The notes beneath the pieces were generated by a model. That model was not told the DNA's origin and made no database searches. It saw nothing but the letters and a program-made list of their open reading frames with translations. 64,000 nt of DNA from Candidatus Cloacimonadota bacterium (GTDB taxonomy: Bacteria > Cloacimonadota > Cloacimonadia > JGIOTU-2): assembly GCA_049903315.1 (NCBI GenBank), contig JBNGBT010000010.1, forward strand, positions 25,071 to 89,070, read 5' to 3'. The translations under genes were made by a program, and so were the position numbers. Positions 1 through 9,675 of the stretch are shown here, one piece after another (the first letter of the stretch is position 1; each line of letters begins with the position of its first letter).

Positions 1-690
1 CACATCACCGACATTATCACCGACGTTATCTGCAATTGTTGCTGGATTGCGGGGATCATCTTCGGGAATTCCCGCTTCGACCTTGCCCACAAGGTCAGCA
101 CCGACATCAGCAGCTTTGGTATAAATACCTCCGCCGAGTCGTGCAAAAAGTGCCTGTGTGGAAGCACCCATACCAAAACTCAGCATCACAACTGTGATCG
201 TATGAAGATCCATCTTAAAAGTATTGAGTACAAAGAACCAAGCGGAGATGTCAACCAGGGCAAGTCCCACGACCACAAGTCCCATCACACCGCCTGCGCG
301 GAAGGCAATGGTGAGTCCTTTATTCAGACTTTGACGAGCGCCTTGAGCAGTTCTATTGGATGCAAGCGTTGCTGTGTTCATGCCGATCCAGCCTGCGAGA
401 CCGCTAAAGAATCCACCGGTCAAAAATGCCCATGGAATAAGTGGATGAAGTACTTTCAGCACCCATGCCATAATGTTAAAAACGATGAATGCAATGATAA
501 AGAATATTCCTACTCCTCTATATTGCTGCTTAAGATATGCAAATGCTCCTTCGCGCACATATTTTGCGATTTTCTGCATCTGCTCATTACCCGGGTCTTC
601 TTTTTTTACACTCTTATAAAGAATGAATGAAAAGATAAGGGCAACTATCGCACCAGCTGGAGCAACAATCCATAACAAAGGGATATTCAT
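1..690 (-). CDS. hppA: Membrane-bound proton/sodium-translocating pyrophosphatase, N-terminal part. The gene continues beyond the window start.
   Basis: Minus-strand translation starting at the ATG at 688-690 reads MNIPLLWIVAPAG... and carries the H+-PPase motifs GGGIYTKAADVGADLVGKVE and IPEDDPRNPATIADNVGDNVGD. An AGGAGG RBS lies upstream on the minus strand (~695-704). The + strand ORF 202-630 is antisense and spurious. Confidence 0.9.
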   Translation of the reverse strand, partial: MNIPLLWIVAPAGAIVALIFSFILYKSVKKEDPGNEQMQKIAKYVREGAFAYLKQQYRGVGIFFIIAFIVFNIMAWVLKVLHPLIPWAFLTGGFFSGLAGWIGMNTATLASNRTAQGARQSLNKGLTIAFRAGGVMGLVVVGLALVDISAWFFVLNTFKMDLHTITVVMLSFGMGASTQALFARLGGGIYTKAADVGADLVGKVEAGIPEDDPRNPATIADNVGDNVGDV

Positions 691-1036
691 AGAGAATCCT
701 CCTGAAATTAATGTTGATTTGTGGTCAGATTTTTAAGCCCATTTCCGTTTGTCAAGGATAGGAAAAAGAGAGATTGAAATAAAAAAAGAATGTAAACAAC
801 ATCCTGGTTAATCATTTACTAGGTAACACCCAAAAGACATAAATGATTTAGTTATAATTTCGCGCGATACTCCATTAATTTCCCATGCTAAAATGGTTGA
901 AATTTAAATTTTCCAATCTTTCTTATAAAAACTTGACACGTTAACAATAGCCAAATGTTTTACCGACCAAATAACTTACTTCAAAAATAATTTATTATAT
1001 GATTAGACCTAAAAGCTTGAATGAGAAAGGACAGAA

Positions 1037-2059
1037 ATGGTCGTTTCAAAATCCGATCTAATTAAATTTTTCAATTCAATACAATCACAGTTTGATATTT
1101 TTGCTCCCTATAAAACAGAAAGAGAAAAAGACGATCTCGTATTCAAAAAATATGACTCGGATAAAGAATTTGTGCTTGATAAATACCGAACTGTCGATCC
1201 TGTAAGGGCTTTATTTTATATGCCTTCCGAAAGTGTGCTTCCCCCTTCTGCAAAATCCAATAAAAGAATTATTGCAGGAGTGAAAAACTGCGATCTTCTC
1301 GGGCTTGCTGTGCTGGACGATGCGCTTCTCAAAGATAATTTTGTAGAACCAAATTACAAAATCTGGCGAGATAGTTCGTACATCATAAGCTGTGACTGCA
1401 CCGATGCGCTTCAGACCTGCCATTGTGTTCTGCTCGACAATAATCCCTACCCGGATCAGGATACGGAAGGCACTATGCTTTTTGATATCAATCTTTCTCC
1501 AGTAGACGATAATTTCTTAATCACGGTTGGGAGTAAGAAGGGTGAAGAGCTGCTCAATATGATAAAAAAAGAATGCTCACTCACAAAAGCTACTGATCAT
1601 GATAAAGAAAGCCGCGAAGCAAATCATGCTGAGGTTCTCAAAAAAGTCAGAGATATAAATTCTGATTTTACGCCAGACAGGCATTACGATGTCATTACAG
1701 AGAACAAGGAAGCATCTGTGTGGAAAGAGTTCTGTAATGAATGTGTGCAATGCGGCGCGTGTACGAATATCTGCCCGACCTGTTACTGCCTCATTCTTAA
1801 TGATGAAAGTACAAAAGAAGAATTCCGTAAGGTTCGTTCATGGGATTCCTGCCAGCTCGCTGGATATGCTGAGGTTGCAGGAGGCGGCACTCCCCGTGAA
1901 CACAAATGGGAGACGTTTAGAAATCGCTATCAATGCAAATACAATTTTATGAAGTCTAATTTCGATAAATTGGGATGCACAGGATGTGGGCGCTGTATTT
2001 CCGCCTGTCCTGCAGAAATCGATTTACGAGAAGTTATTCAAAGTTTACAGGAGGTTTAG
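1037..2059 (+). CDS. Iron-sulfur oxidoreductase beta subunit, sulfhydrogenase HydB / anaerobic sulfite reductase AsrA-like (2x[4Fe-4S])
   Basis: 340 aa. C-terminal CxxCxxCxxxCP (CVQCGACTNICP) plus a second Cys cluster (CTGCGRCISACP). Size and Cys pattern resemble HydB/AsrA-type electron-transfer subunits. It is followed immediately by its partner gamma-type subunit. Confidence 0.6.
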   Translation: MVVSKSDLIKFFNSIQSQFDIFAPYKTEREKDDLVFKKYDSDKEFVLDKYRTVDPVRALFYMPSESVLPPSAKSNKRIIAGVKNCDLLGLAVLDDALLKDNFVEPNYKIWRDSSYIISCDCTDALQTCHCVLLDNNPYPDQDTEGTMLFDINLSPVDDNFLITVGSKKGEELLNMIKKECSLTKATDHDKESREANHAEVLKKVRDINSDFTPDRHYDVITENKEASVWKEFCNECVQCGACTNICPTCYCLILNDESTKEEFRKVRSWDSCQLAGYAEVAGGGTPREHKWETFRNRYQCKYNFMKSNFDKLGCTGCGRCISACPAEIDLREVIQSLQEV

Positions 2060-2060
2060 G

Positions 2061-2888
2061 TTGCCAGACAAAAACCCCTACGAAGTATTAAAAGCTGATG
2101 TCCTCGAAGTCATCGAAGAATCCCCAACGATCAAATCATTCTATCTCAAACCCGAGAAACCATTTGATTTTGCGACAGGACAGTTTATTGAGCTCTCATT
2201 ACCGGGAATTGGTGAAGCACCATTCACTCCATCCTCATCACACTATGAGAGGGAGAAAATGTGGGTGACCATCATGAATGCTGGATTTGTGACCAATGAA
2301 ATTCACAAAGTCCAAAAGGGTGATGTGATGGGCATTCGCGGTCCCTATGGAAAGGGCTATCCGCTTGATGTGTTCAAAGGAAAAGACGTGCTTCTTCTTG
2401 GTGGCGGTGTGGGGCTTGCTCCACTGCGTTGTCTCCTTCAGACAATGATCCATGATATTAATGATTACAAAAGCATAACTGTATGCTTTGGGGCTCGCAC
2501 TCCGGATGACATGATCTATAAAGATCAGATTGCTGACTGGAAAAAACACGAAAAAATTCATCATTTATGCACGGTTGATAAGTGCTCTGAGAGTGATATT
2601 TGGAAAGGAAAGACCGGTGTCGTGACAATCCTTCTCGATGATATACAGGTTGATCCCAATGATGCAATTGCTGTCGTATGCGGACCTCCTATCATGATGA
2701 AGTTTGGAACTTTCTCTCTGCTTGATAAGGGCTTCAAGCCGGAAAATATTTATCTCTCAATGGAGAAAAAGATGTACTGCGGGTTCGGTCAGTGTCGCCA
2801 TTGCGTGATGGGTAAATACTATGCGTGCAAAGATGGTCCCGTGTTCACCTATGAACAGATCAAAGACGAAGAAAAAATCTGGGATTAA
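2061..2888 (+). CDS. FAD/NAD(P)H-binding [2Fe-2S] oxidoreductase gamma subunit (HydG/AsrB/PyrK-like)
   Basis: FNR-like FAD/NAD fold (flavin-binding motif followed by LLLGGGVGLAPL). C-terminal CGFGQCRHC...C 2Fe-2S motif typical of HydG/AsrB/PyrK. A TTG start at 2061 with GGAGG at 2050-2054 is preferred over the in-frame ATG at 1986, which would overlap the upstream gene by 74 nt. Confidence 0.65.
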   Translation: MPDKNPYEVLKADVLEVIEESPTIKSFYLKPEKPFDFATGQFIELSLPGIGEAPFTPSSSHYEREKMWVTIMNAGFVTNEIHKVQKGDVMGIRGPYGKGYPLDVFKGKDVLLLGGGVGLAPLRCLLQTMIHDINDYKSITVCFGARTPDDMIYKDQIADWKKHEKIHHLCTVDKCSESDIWKGKTGVVTILLDDIQVDPNDAIAVVCGPPIMMKFGTFSLLDKGFKPENIYLSMEKKMYCGFGQCRHCVMGKYYACKDGPVFTYEQIKDEEKIWD

Positions 2889-2916
2889 GTTTATATATTA
2901 AAGGAAAGACAGTATC

Positions 2917-3423
2917 ATGAAAAGATTATTTGTAGATATACCTAAGCTTCTCAAAGAAGAAAGTCTCGAATGCATTGATTGTGAATATCTGTATCACGAA
3001 GGAGCTAATCGTGGTGTATTTTCTATTGTAGAAATCGCAGAATTCGGCGCGTATTGCCGCCAGTGCAAGGAATCTTTCTGCATTGAAGCATGTCCCAAAG
3101 ATGCACTTGAGCATAGCAAGACCAATATGATATTGCGTCATAATATGCGCTGCGTCGGATGTAAAAGCTGTACACTTGCATGCCCATTTGGTACGATCTT
3201 TCCAGAGGTTATTAACTATATTTCTCAGAAATGTGATTTCTGTTTAAATCAATTGGAAAATGATCCCAATTATGTTCCGCTTTGTGTAAAAACTGCACCA
3301 AATGAGACTTTGACAATGGTCGATATCGATGAAGATGATCCTGAGAATAATATTTATCTTGTCGGCAGCAGAATGGCAGTGAAGACACATCACTGGCGCA
3401 ACAAAGTCGGGAAAAATAAATAG
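2917..3423 (+). CDS. 4Fe-4S ferredoxin-domain protein
   Basis: 168 aa with four Cys clusters, including CRQCKESFCIEACP and CVGCKSCTLACP. Confidence 0.6.
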   Translation: MKRLFVDIPKLLKEESLECIDCEYLYHEGANRGVFSIVEIAEFGAYCRQCKESFCIEACPKDALEHSKTNMILRHNMRCVGCKSCTLACPFGTIFPEVINYISQKCDFCLNQLENDPNYVPLCVKTAPNETLTMVDIDEDDPENNIYLVGSRMAVKTHHWRNKVGKNK

Positions 3424-3451
3424 TGCAGGATGATGAGGTTCAGGAGATAAT

Positions 3452-4381
3452 ATGCTAAAATATTTGTTCTATTTGCTCGTGTTCCCGGGCTTTCTGTTTG
3501 CATCTGTATTTGGTCTAATTGTTGGATGGATAGAAAGAAAAGTAAGCGCACGAGTACAATTCCGCGTTGGTCCTCCATTTTTTCAGAATTTTTATGACGT
3601 GTTCAAGCTGTGGGGAAAAGAGATCATTCTTATAAGAAATACACCCTATTTCATATTTGTCGTTGCACCGATCATTGCTTTTGCGACAGTGATCATGACC
3701 TCGACATTAGTAGGTGTGACTTTCTTTTATGGAATTGGTATCGGCGGAGATCTGCTTTTCATTATATATCTTATGGTCATATATTCCGTCGCGATGATAC
3801 TCGGAGCATCCTCGACGGGGAACGTATATTCCAGTATCGGTGCCGGTAGAGAGATGAAAATGCTTATCTCAGATGAATTGGCTTTCGTGCTGGTTATCCT
3901 TGTTCCCATTATTCATGCAGGATATAAGATCGATCTCACACAAATTTTAGCATATCAAAGTGCCAATGGCATGATCATTGGAACTGCATCAGGTATTATT
4001 GCGTTCATAGTCGGCATACTCTGCCTTCAAGCAAAGATGGGTATGATCCCCTTTGATATTGCGGAAGCAGAAACTGAAATTGTCGAAGGTCCACTCATGG
4101 AATATTCCGGACCATTGCTCGCATTCTGGAAACTGGCACATTATATGATGTATGTCTTCCTGCCGATGCTTTTGGTTATCCTTTTCTGGGGTGGCATGAG
4201 CTTTGCTTCATTCGGATCGATCATGGCTGGCATAGGAAAGTATCTGCTTATTGTCGTGATTATGATCCTTATCAGAAATACAAATCCCCGTGTGCGTATT
4301 GACTCTGCAATTAATTTTTTCTGGAAATGGGCAAGCCCCCTTGCTCTTATCGCCGTAATTCTGGCAATCATAGGAGTGTAA
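3452..4381 (+). CDS. Energy-converting hydrogenase membrane subunit, NuoH/HycD/MbhM-like
   Basis: 309 aa polytopic membrane protein. The N-terminal region ...IERKVSARVQFRVGPP... is diagnostic of the NuoH/HycD family. Confidence 0.8.
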   Translation: MLKYLFYLLVFPGFLFASVFGLIVGWIERKVSARVQFRVGPPFFQNFYDVFKLWGKEIILIRNTPYFIFVVAPIIAFATVIMTSTLVGVTFFYGIGIGGDLLFIIYLMVIYSVAMILGASSTGNVYSSIGAGREMKMLISDELAFVLVILVPIIHAGYKIDLTQILAYQSANGMIIGTASGIIAFIVGILCLQAKMGMIPFDIAEAETEIVEGPLMEYSGPLLAFWKLAHYMMYVFLPMLLVILFWGGMSFASFGSIMAGIGKYLLIVVIMILIRNTNPRVRIDSAINFFWKWASPLALIAVILAIIGV

Positions 4382-4384
4382 ATT

Positions 4385-4804
4385 ATGGCTTTTTATAATA
4401 AAATTATTAAGAAATCAATCTGGGTTTTTCATGTGAGTGCAAGCCCGTGCAACAACTGCGATATTGAAATTCTCGATCTTATCACACCCGGATATGATGT
4501 GGAACGCTTCGGTATCAAACTTGTCGGCTCAGTCCGTCATGCTGATGTTCTTCTTGTAACTGGGGTGGTTTCCTACAAAGTTGCACCACGCATCAAACAA
4601 TTATATGAGCAAGCAGCCAAACCTCTATTTGTAATCGGTATCGGAACGTGTACTGCCGGAGGTGCGACCTTCAAAACAAGTTACAATGCAGCAGGAATCC
4701 CACTTGAAAAGGTCATTCCTGTCAATGCCTATGTCACAGGCTGTCCTCCGAAACCCGAAGCGATGATAGATGGCGTAGTAAAATTATTAGGAACATTAAA
4801 ATGA
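4385..4804 (+). CDS. [NiFe] hydrogenase small subunit, NuoB/MbhJ/HycG-like
   Basis: 139 aa. Carries the four-Cys proximal-cluster pattern: CNNC, GTCTAGG and GCPP. Confidence 0.85.
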   Translation: MAFYNKIIKKSIWVFHVSASPCNNCDIEILDLITPGYDVERFGIKLVGSVRHADVLLVTGVVSYKVAPRIKQLYEQAAKPLFVIGIGTCTAGGATFKTSYNAAGIPLEKVIPVNAYVTGCPPKPEAMIDGVVKLLGTLK

Positions 4805-5250
4805 GCGATAAAGGCACAGAATTTTTTGAAAAATTTCAGGATAAATTAACGAGAGTTATCAAAAAGCCAAGAAGAAATTATTTCAATATAAAGAACGAAG
4901 ACCTCTGGGAGATCGCAGATTATCTCTTCAACACAATGGGATGCCGTCTCTCGATTTGTACTGCGACAGAAGTATATGACGGACTCGAAGTTCTTTACCA
5001 TTTCTCAGACGACACAACCGGGATCTATTATAATCCCCGCGTCAAAACCAGTCTGGAAAATCCTGAAATAAATTCCATCGCACCAATGATCGCTGGTGCG
5101 AACTGGATCGAAAGAGAAATGTACGATCTTTTTGGCATTAAATTTAAAGGACATCCCGATCTGAAAAAACTGCTGACGATCAATAGTCCGCATTTTGGCG
5201 AGGATGACCATCCTATGCGTTTTAATCGCAACAGAACGAAAGAGAAGTAA
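4801..5250 (+). CDS. Hydrogenase subunit, NuoC/MbhK (30 kDa subunit)-like
   Basis: 149 aa, located between the NuoB-like and NuoD-like genes. The 4-nt overlap with the upstream gene suggests translational coupling. Confidence 0.7.
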   Translation: MSDKGTEFFEKFQDKLTRVIKKPRRNYFNIKNEDLWEIADYLFNTMGCRLSICTATEVYDGLEVLYHFSDDTTGIYYNPRVKTSLENPEINSIAPMIAGANWIEREMYDLFGIKFKGHPDLKKLLTINSPHFGEDDHPMRFNRNRTKEK

Positions 5251-5274
5251 CAGGTTTATGCAGAGGAGCATGCA

Positions 5275-6492
5275 ATGAGTAAATGTAGAATTCCTTTAGG
5301 TCCTTTTCATCCATTATTGGAAGAAGCGGAATTCTTTGATATAAAAGTCGAAGGTGAAAAAGTAGTTGATATCGAAATGGAAACCGGTTGGATGCATAGA
5401 GGTCATGAAAAGATCTCAGAGACCAAATCTTTTACACAATCAATATTTCTGGTTGAACGTATCTGCGGAATTTGTTCAACATCCCATCCTTTCGCAGCAG
5501 TGCATGCTATGGAAGATATAGATAATGTTGAAATTCCTGAAAGAGCACAATATATAAGAATTTTTATTGGTGAGATGGAACGTATTCACAGCCATCTGCT
5601 CTGGCTTGGTCTTGCCGGACATTTTATAGGATATGACACGCTCTGGATGTGGGCTTGGAAATATCGTGAACCTGTTTTGCAAATTTTCGAAAAAGTATCC
5701 GGTAATAGAAATCACTATGCAATGATGCGTGTTGGTGGAGTAGGCAGAGATTTTGATAATTCCCTGATCCCAGAAATTCACCCTACTCTTGATATGATAG
5801 AGAAGAAAATGCTGATGATCGCTGGTGCTGCACAAGATGATCCTGTACTTCGCTCACGACTGAAAGGTGTTGGCGTTCTTACAAAAGAAGATGCAATAAA
5901 TTATTGCGCTAATGGTCCAACTGCACGTGCATCCGATGTTGATATAGACGTACGTCGAGATGATCCTCTCGAGTATGATCTCGTAGATTTTAACGTTATC
6001 GTTTTACCAAACGGAGACGTGTATGATAAGTTAGTTGTTCGTGTTCTCGAGATTATAGAGTCCATAAAAATTATCAGACAATGTCTCGAAGCATTTCCAA
6101 AAGTTGGAGGAGAATATTTAAATAAAGTGAAGCATATTTCCCCAGGAGAAGGATGCGGAAGATACGAAGCACCACGCGGCGAAGTTTTCCACTACATCAG
6201 AAGTGATGGGTCGAACCGACCTCTCCGTCATAAAGTTCGTGCACCCAGTTTTTCAAATATTCCGACATATAAAGCTTCATGCGTAGGCATTCCTCTTGCT
6301 GATGCACTTATCACACTTGCTGCTGTTGATCCATGCTATTGCTGTACAGAGCGAAGTATTCGTGTTGTCGATAAAAATAATAAGAAATTAGAACATAATC
6401 TATTAACCATGTCTCGTGAGAAAACTGCACATCTGAAAAAAGCAGTTGCAGGCAACGAGAAAACACCCATTGATAGAATTTTTGAAGATTAG
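5275..6492 (+). CDS. Group 4 [NiFe] hydrogenase catalytic large subunit (MbhL/EchE/NuoD-like)
   Basis: N-terminal Ni-binding motif RICGICSTSH (RxCGxCxxxH) and C-terminal DPCYCCTER (DPCxxCxxR), so it is a true hydrogenase and not a Nuo subunit. 405 aa. Confidence 0.9.
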   Translation: MSKCRIPLGPFHPLLEEAEFFDIKVEGEKVVDIEMETGWMHRGHEKISETKSFTQSIFLVERICGICSTSHPFAAVHAMEDIDNVEIPERAQYIRIFIGEMERIHSHLLWLGLAGHFIGYDTLWMWAWKYREPVLQIFEKVSGNRNHYAMMRVGGVGRDFDNSLIPEIHPTLDMIEKKMLMIAGAAQDDPVLRSRLKGVGVLTKEDAINYCANGPTARASDVDIDVRRDDPLEYDLVDFNVIVLPNGDVYDKLVVRVLEIIESIKIIRQCLEAFPKVGGEYLNKVKHISPGEGCGRYEAPRGEVFHYIRSDGSNRPLRHKVRAPSFSNIPTYKASCVGIPLADALITLAAVDPCYCCTERSIRVVDKNNKKLEHNLLTMSREKTAHLKKAVAGNEKTPIDRIFED

Positions 6493-6517
6493 GAATTCAA
6501 GAAGAAAGGGTACATAA

Positions 6518-8332
6518 ATGTGGAATAATTATCTTTTTTTGCTTGTCGTTATACCGATAATTGCAACCATTATTAATCTTTTTGTACCAAAGATTATAAA
6601 GAAACTTATCACTCTTGCTTCTGTGATTTGGTCGCTTGTGCTGAGCATCAAAGTATTCAGTGCAGCCGCTTTCAGCTTTTCTCTATTCGGTGTCACACTA
6701 TTTCAGACTGATGTTTTATCAAAGTTCATTCTGCTTTTCATAAATATCTTGAGCACAATAATTCTGATTTACTGCCTGAAAAATGTAAAAAAGGAATATG
6801 AAGGAAAATTCTTCCTGCTTTTTACGCTGACCGTGAGTTTCTGCAACGGTGTTGCCCTGAGTTCCAATATGATCGCTTTTATAATTTTCTGGGGACTTTC
6901 AGGTTTGCTTGTATATTTGTTTGGTATTTTAAACTCACCGAGAAGTGCAGAAAGCTCAAGAAAAGCATTTATTATCATTGGAACATCAGACGTGCTTCTT
7001 CTTTTCGGGTTGGTCGTCATGTACGTAATGACCCAGAATTTCAATCTTTATCTAAACCAAATAACTCTTTCCAGTGTGTTGACCTACGTGGCATTTTTCT
7101 GCTTGCTTCTTGCTTCATTTGCAAAAGCCGGAGCTTTCCCGATGCATACCTGGCTTCCAGATTATGCAAAGGACGCTCCCATCGAAGCAGTCGCAGAACT
7201 CCCCGCTGCAATGGACAAGCTTCTCGGCATTTATCTTTTTGCACGTATTATGATGCATCTCTTTGTCTATCCCTTTGCGATCCAGGGAATCATTATGATC
7301 ATCGGCGCTTTGACGATTATTTTTGCTGTGATGATGGCACTGGTTCAGCATAATGGCAGAAAGCTTCTCGGATATCATGCGGTCAGCCAGGTTGGTTATA
7401 TGGTTCTGGGAATAGGAACCGGTAATCCAATCGGTATAATTGGCGGACTTTTTCATATGCTTAACAATGCGATATACAAATCGAGCTTGTTCCTTTCTCT
7501 CGGTTCTGTTGAAAAAAGAACAGGAACTTCCGAGCTTGATGACCTTGGTGGACTAGCAAAAAAGATGCCGCTTACCTTTATCGCTGCATTAATAGGAGCT
7601 CTGTCGATTTCCGGTATTCCACCATTAAATGGATTTTTCTCAAAATGGATGGTTTATCAAAGTGTTTTAAAAACTGCGTCACAGCATGGCTCGATCTGGC
7701 AGATAGTTCTGAATGTGTGCTTTGTGCTCGCAGTGTTCGGAAGCGCACTTACCCTAGCAAGCTTTGTTAAGTTCATCCATGCAATATTTTTGAGCAAATT
7801 ACCAAAAAAATATGAAGGCGTGAAAGAGATCAGCTTCAATAACTGGTTTGCAAACCTTTTACTTGGCGCTCTTTGTGTCATATTTGGAGTGCTCGTGTTT
7901 GCAATTCCGGTGAAGCTCTTCTTGCTTCCCATCATTGGTGCAGGTACTATAAAAACATTGTTAATCGGATTCTATAGCTCGAAAGTTATTTTATATTTCT
8001 TTGCAGCTTCTATCCTGCTTGGTCTTATCATCTATATTGTGTTTAAGAAGATCAGATTCGACGATGAATATGTCGGAACTTATCCTACGACTGACGAGCA
8101 CAGGGCAACTGGTGTAGAGTTCTACAATGAAATCTCTTCAATGAAACCTTTCAATAAGATCTACGAGTGGGCAAATAAGAAATATTTTGATATATATAAA
8201 TGGGGGACAGTGTTCTCCTTATGGCTTGGTGATGTTTTCCATAAACTGCATTCCGGACTGTTGCATACATATGCGATCTGGACGCTTGCAGGTCTGGTTG
8301 TAGTCACTATAATTTTATTAAGTGCAATTTAG
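6518..8332 (+). CDS. NuoL/MrpA/MbhH-like antiporter-type membrane subunit
   Basis: 604 aa polytopic protein. Has the conserved proton-pumping-subunit region WLPDAH-like (WLPDYAKDAP). Confidence 0.8.
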   Translation: MWNNYLFLLVVIPIIATIINLFVPKIIKKLITLASVIWSLVLSIKVFSAAAFSFSLFGVTLFQTDVLSKFILLFINILSTIILIYCLKNVKKEYEGKFFLLFTLTVSFCNGVALSSNMIAFIIFWGLSGLLVYLFGILNSPRSAESSRKAFIIIGTSDVLLLFGLVVMYVMTQNFNLYLNQITLSSVLTYVAFFCLLLASFAKAGAFPMHTWLPDYAKDAPIEAVAELPAAMDKLLGIYLFARIMMHLFVYPFAIQGIIMIIGALTIIFAVMMALVQHNGRKLLGYHAVSQVGYMVLGIGTGNPIGIIGGLFHMLNNAIYKSSLFLSLGSVEKRTGTSELDDLGGLAKKMPLTFIAALIGALSISGIPPLNGFFSKWMVYQSVLKTASQHGSIWQIVLNVCFVLAVFGSALTLASFVKFIHAIFLSKLPKKYEGVKEISFNNWFANLLLGALCVIFGVLVFAIPVKLFLLPIIGAGTIKTLLIGFYSSKVILYFFAASILLGLIIYIVFKKIRFDDEYVGTYPTTDEHRATGVEFYNEISSMKPFNKIYEWANKKYFDIYKWGTVFSLWLGDVFHKLHSGLLHTYAIWTLAGLVVVTIILLSAI

Positions 8333-8348
8333 TTTTAAGGAGGCTTAA

Positions 8349-8888
8349 GTGCCAGTTGATGTTTGGTTGTACTTTATTTTAGGATTCATGATAATCGGTT
8401 CGATTGCCAGTCTGGAAATAAAGAACATACTTTCTTCGATCATAACCATTGGTGTGGTTGGATTGGGTTTGTCTTTAGCATTCCTTTTCTTGGGAGCTCC
8501 GGACCTTGCACTTGTTCAGTTCGTGTTCGAAATTCTCTGTGTGATCATCTTGATTCGCGCATTTGCAAAACGTTCTATCGAAGTTCGTGCCCTCCGTAGA
8601 GATGTTCCCGAAACAGTTGTTGCAATTGTCATACTTGCGAGCATTTTTGTGCTGAGTATTTTTGCATTCAAGGATCTGCCTTCATTCGGAAAGCCGATCG
8701 TGCGCGTCGCTGAGCGCTATCTCGCTCAAGCAGGAGTGGAAACCGGTTCTCAAAATATCGTCACCTCCGTTATTCTGAACTATAGGATATATGACACGCT
8801 TGGTGAGGTTACAGTGCTTTTTACTGCGATCTTAGGTGCATTCACCATATTACGTAAAACAGGGAGGAAAAAAAGACATGCAGAATAA
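8349..8888 (+). CDS. Mrp/Mbh small membrane subunit (MnhB-domain-like)
   Basis: GTG start at 8349 with an AAGGAGG RBS at 8334-8340. 179 aa hydrophobic protein. Its position in the Mrp-like block suggests an MrpA C-terminal or MrpB-like function. Confidence 0.5.
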   Translation: MPVDVWLYFILGFMIIGSIASLEIKNILSSIITIGVVGLGLSLAFLFLGAPDLALVQFVFEILCVIILIRAFAKRSIEVRALRRDVPETVVAIVILASIFVLSIFAFKDLPSFGKPIVRVAERYLAQAGVETGSQNIVTSVILNYRIYDTLGEVTVLFTAILGAFTILRKTGRKKRHAE

Positions 8889-9327
8889 TTTTCCCAATGA
8901 AGGTATGTCCGTAATTGTCAAAACAATTACCCGATTTACTGTGTGGTTGATCTTCTTATACGGTCTTTATATAGTTCTTCATGGTCATCTTTCCCCAGGC
9001 GGCGGTTTTGCGGGCGGTGTGATCATTGCACTTTCTTATGTTCACCTGACACTTGCATATGGTAAAAATTTTGTACTGGAGCGAGTAGATAAATTTGCGA
9101 TGAGCAGTCTGGAATCTATTGCTGCGATCCTCTTTGTGCTTACAGGCATTATTGGCTTATATGTGATCGGCAATTTCCTTGCAAACTTTATGGGAATCGG
9201 CAAACTTTATACACTTATTAGTGCCGGATACATCCCTATGTTAAACATATTTATTTGTGTGAAGGTCGGCATGGGATTGTATCTCGTGTTCTACTATTTA
9301 GCCAGTTTTAAACCCCAGGAAGGATAA
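8878..9327 (+). CDS. Mrp/Mbh small membrane subunit (MrpB-like)
   Basis: The ATG at 8878 is preceded by GGGAGG and is preferred over the ORF-track start at 8836, which would overlap the upstream gene by 53 nt. Hydrophobic with a GG-rich loop. Confidence 0.5.
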   Translation: MQNNFPNEGMSVIVKTITRFTVWLIFLYGLYIVLHGHLSPGGGFAGGVIIALSYVHLTLAYGKNFVLERVDKFAMSSLESIAAILFVLTGIIGLYVIGNFLANFMGIGKLYTLISAGYIPMLNIFICVKVGMGLYLVFYYLASFKPQEG

Positions 9328-9330
9328 GAT

Positions 9331-9675
9331 ATGATATTATATATAATGTGCTTTTTCCTCTTTTTGGTTGGTGTATACGGCGCGATCACAAAAAGAGATC
9401 TGATTAAGATAATACTTGCAATTGGTATCATGGGTTATTCCGTAAATCTATTCCTCGTTCTTCTTGCATACCGTACTGGTGCACTTGTTCCGATCCTGAA
9501 AGAAGGACTTAATATTCCTGCAAGCATGATGGTCGATCCTATTCCTCAAGCTCTTGTCCTAACTTCTATTGTTATTGAACTTGGTGTCACTGCACTTATG
9601 GCTGCGCTTGCGATTAGGATCTATCAAAAATATGACACATTTGATATTACGAAGATCAGGAGATTACAAGGATGA
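9331..9675 (+). CDS. MrpC/NuoK-like membrane subunit
   Basis: 114 aa with three TM helices and the NuoK/MnhC size and pattern. Confidence 0.7.
   Translation: MILYIMCFFLFLVGVYGAITKRDLIKIILAIGIMGYSVNLFLVLLAYRTGALVPILKEGLNIPASMMVDPIPQALVLTSIVIELGVTALMAALAIRIYQKYDTFDITKIRRLQG

Noticed and set aside
202-630. 142-aa + strand ORF
   Set aside because: It lies antisense within the clearly recognisable hppA coding sequence on the minus strand. Cys- and His-rich low-complexity translation. Spurious.
933-961. TTGACA hexamer as a sigma-70 -35 box upstream of the hydrogenase cluster
   Set aside because: There is no acceptable -10 hexamer at 16-18 bp spacing. FCB-type organisms use different promoter consensus, so it was not called.
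1986-2060. Upstream ATG start for the HydG-like gene, overlapping the HydB-like gene by 74 nt
   Set aside because: An in-frame TTG at 2061 directly after the upstream stop, with GGAGG 7 nt upstream, is a far better start. The conserved N-terminus begins there.
8836-8877. Upstream ATG start for the Mrp subunit, overlapping the previous gene by 53 nt
   Set aside because: An internal ATG at 8878 preceded by GGGAGG is preferred. The ORF-track start lacks an RBS.
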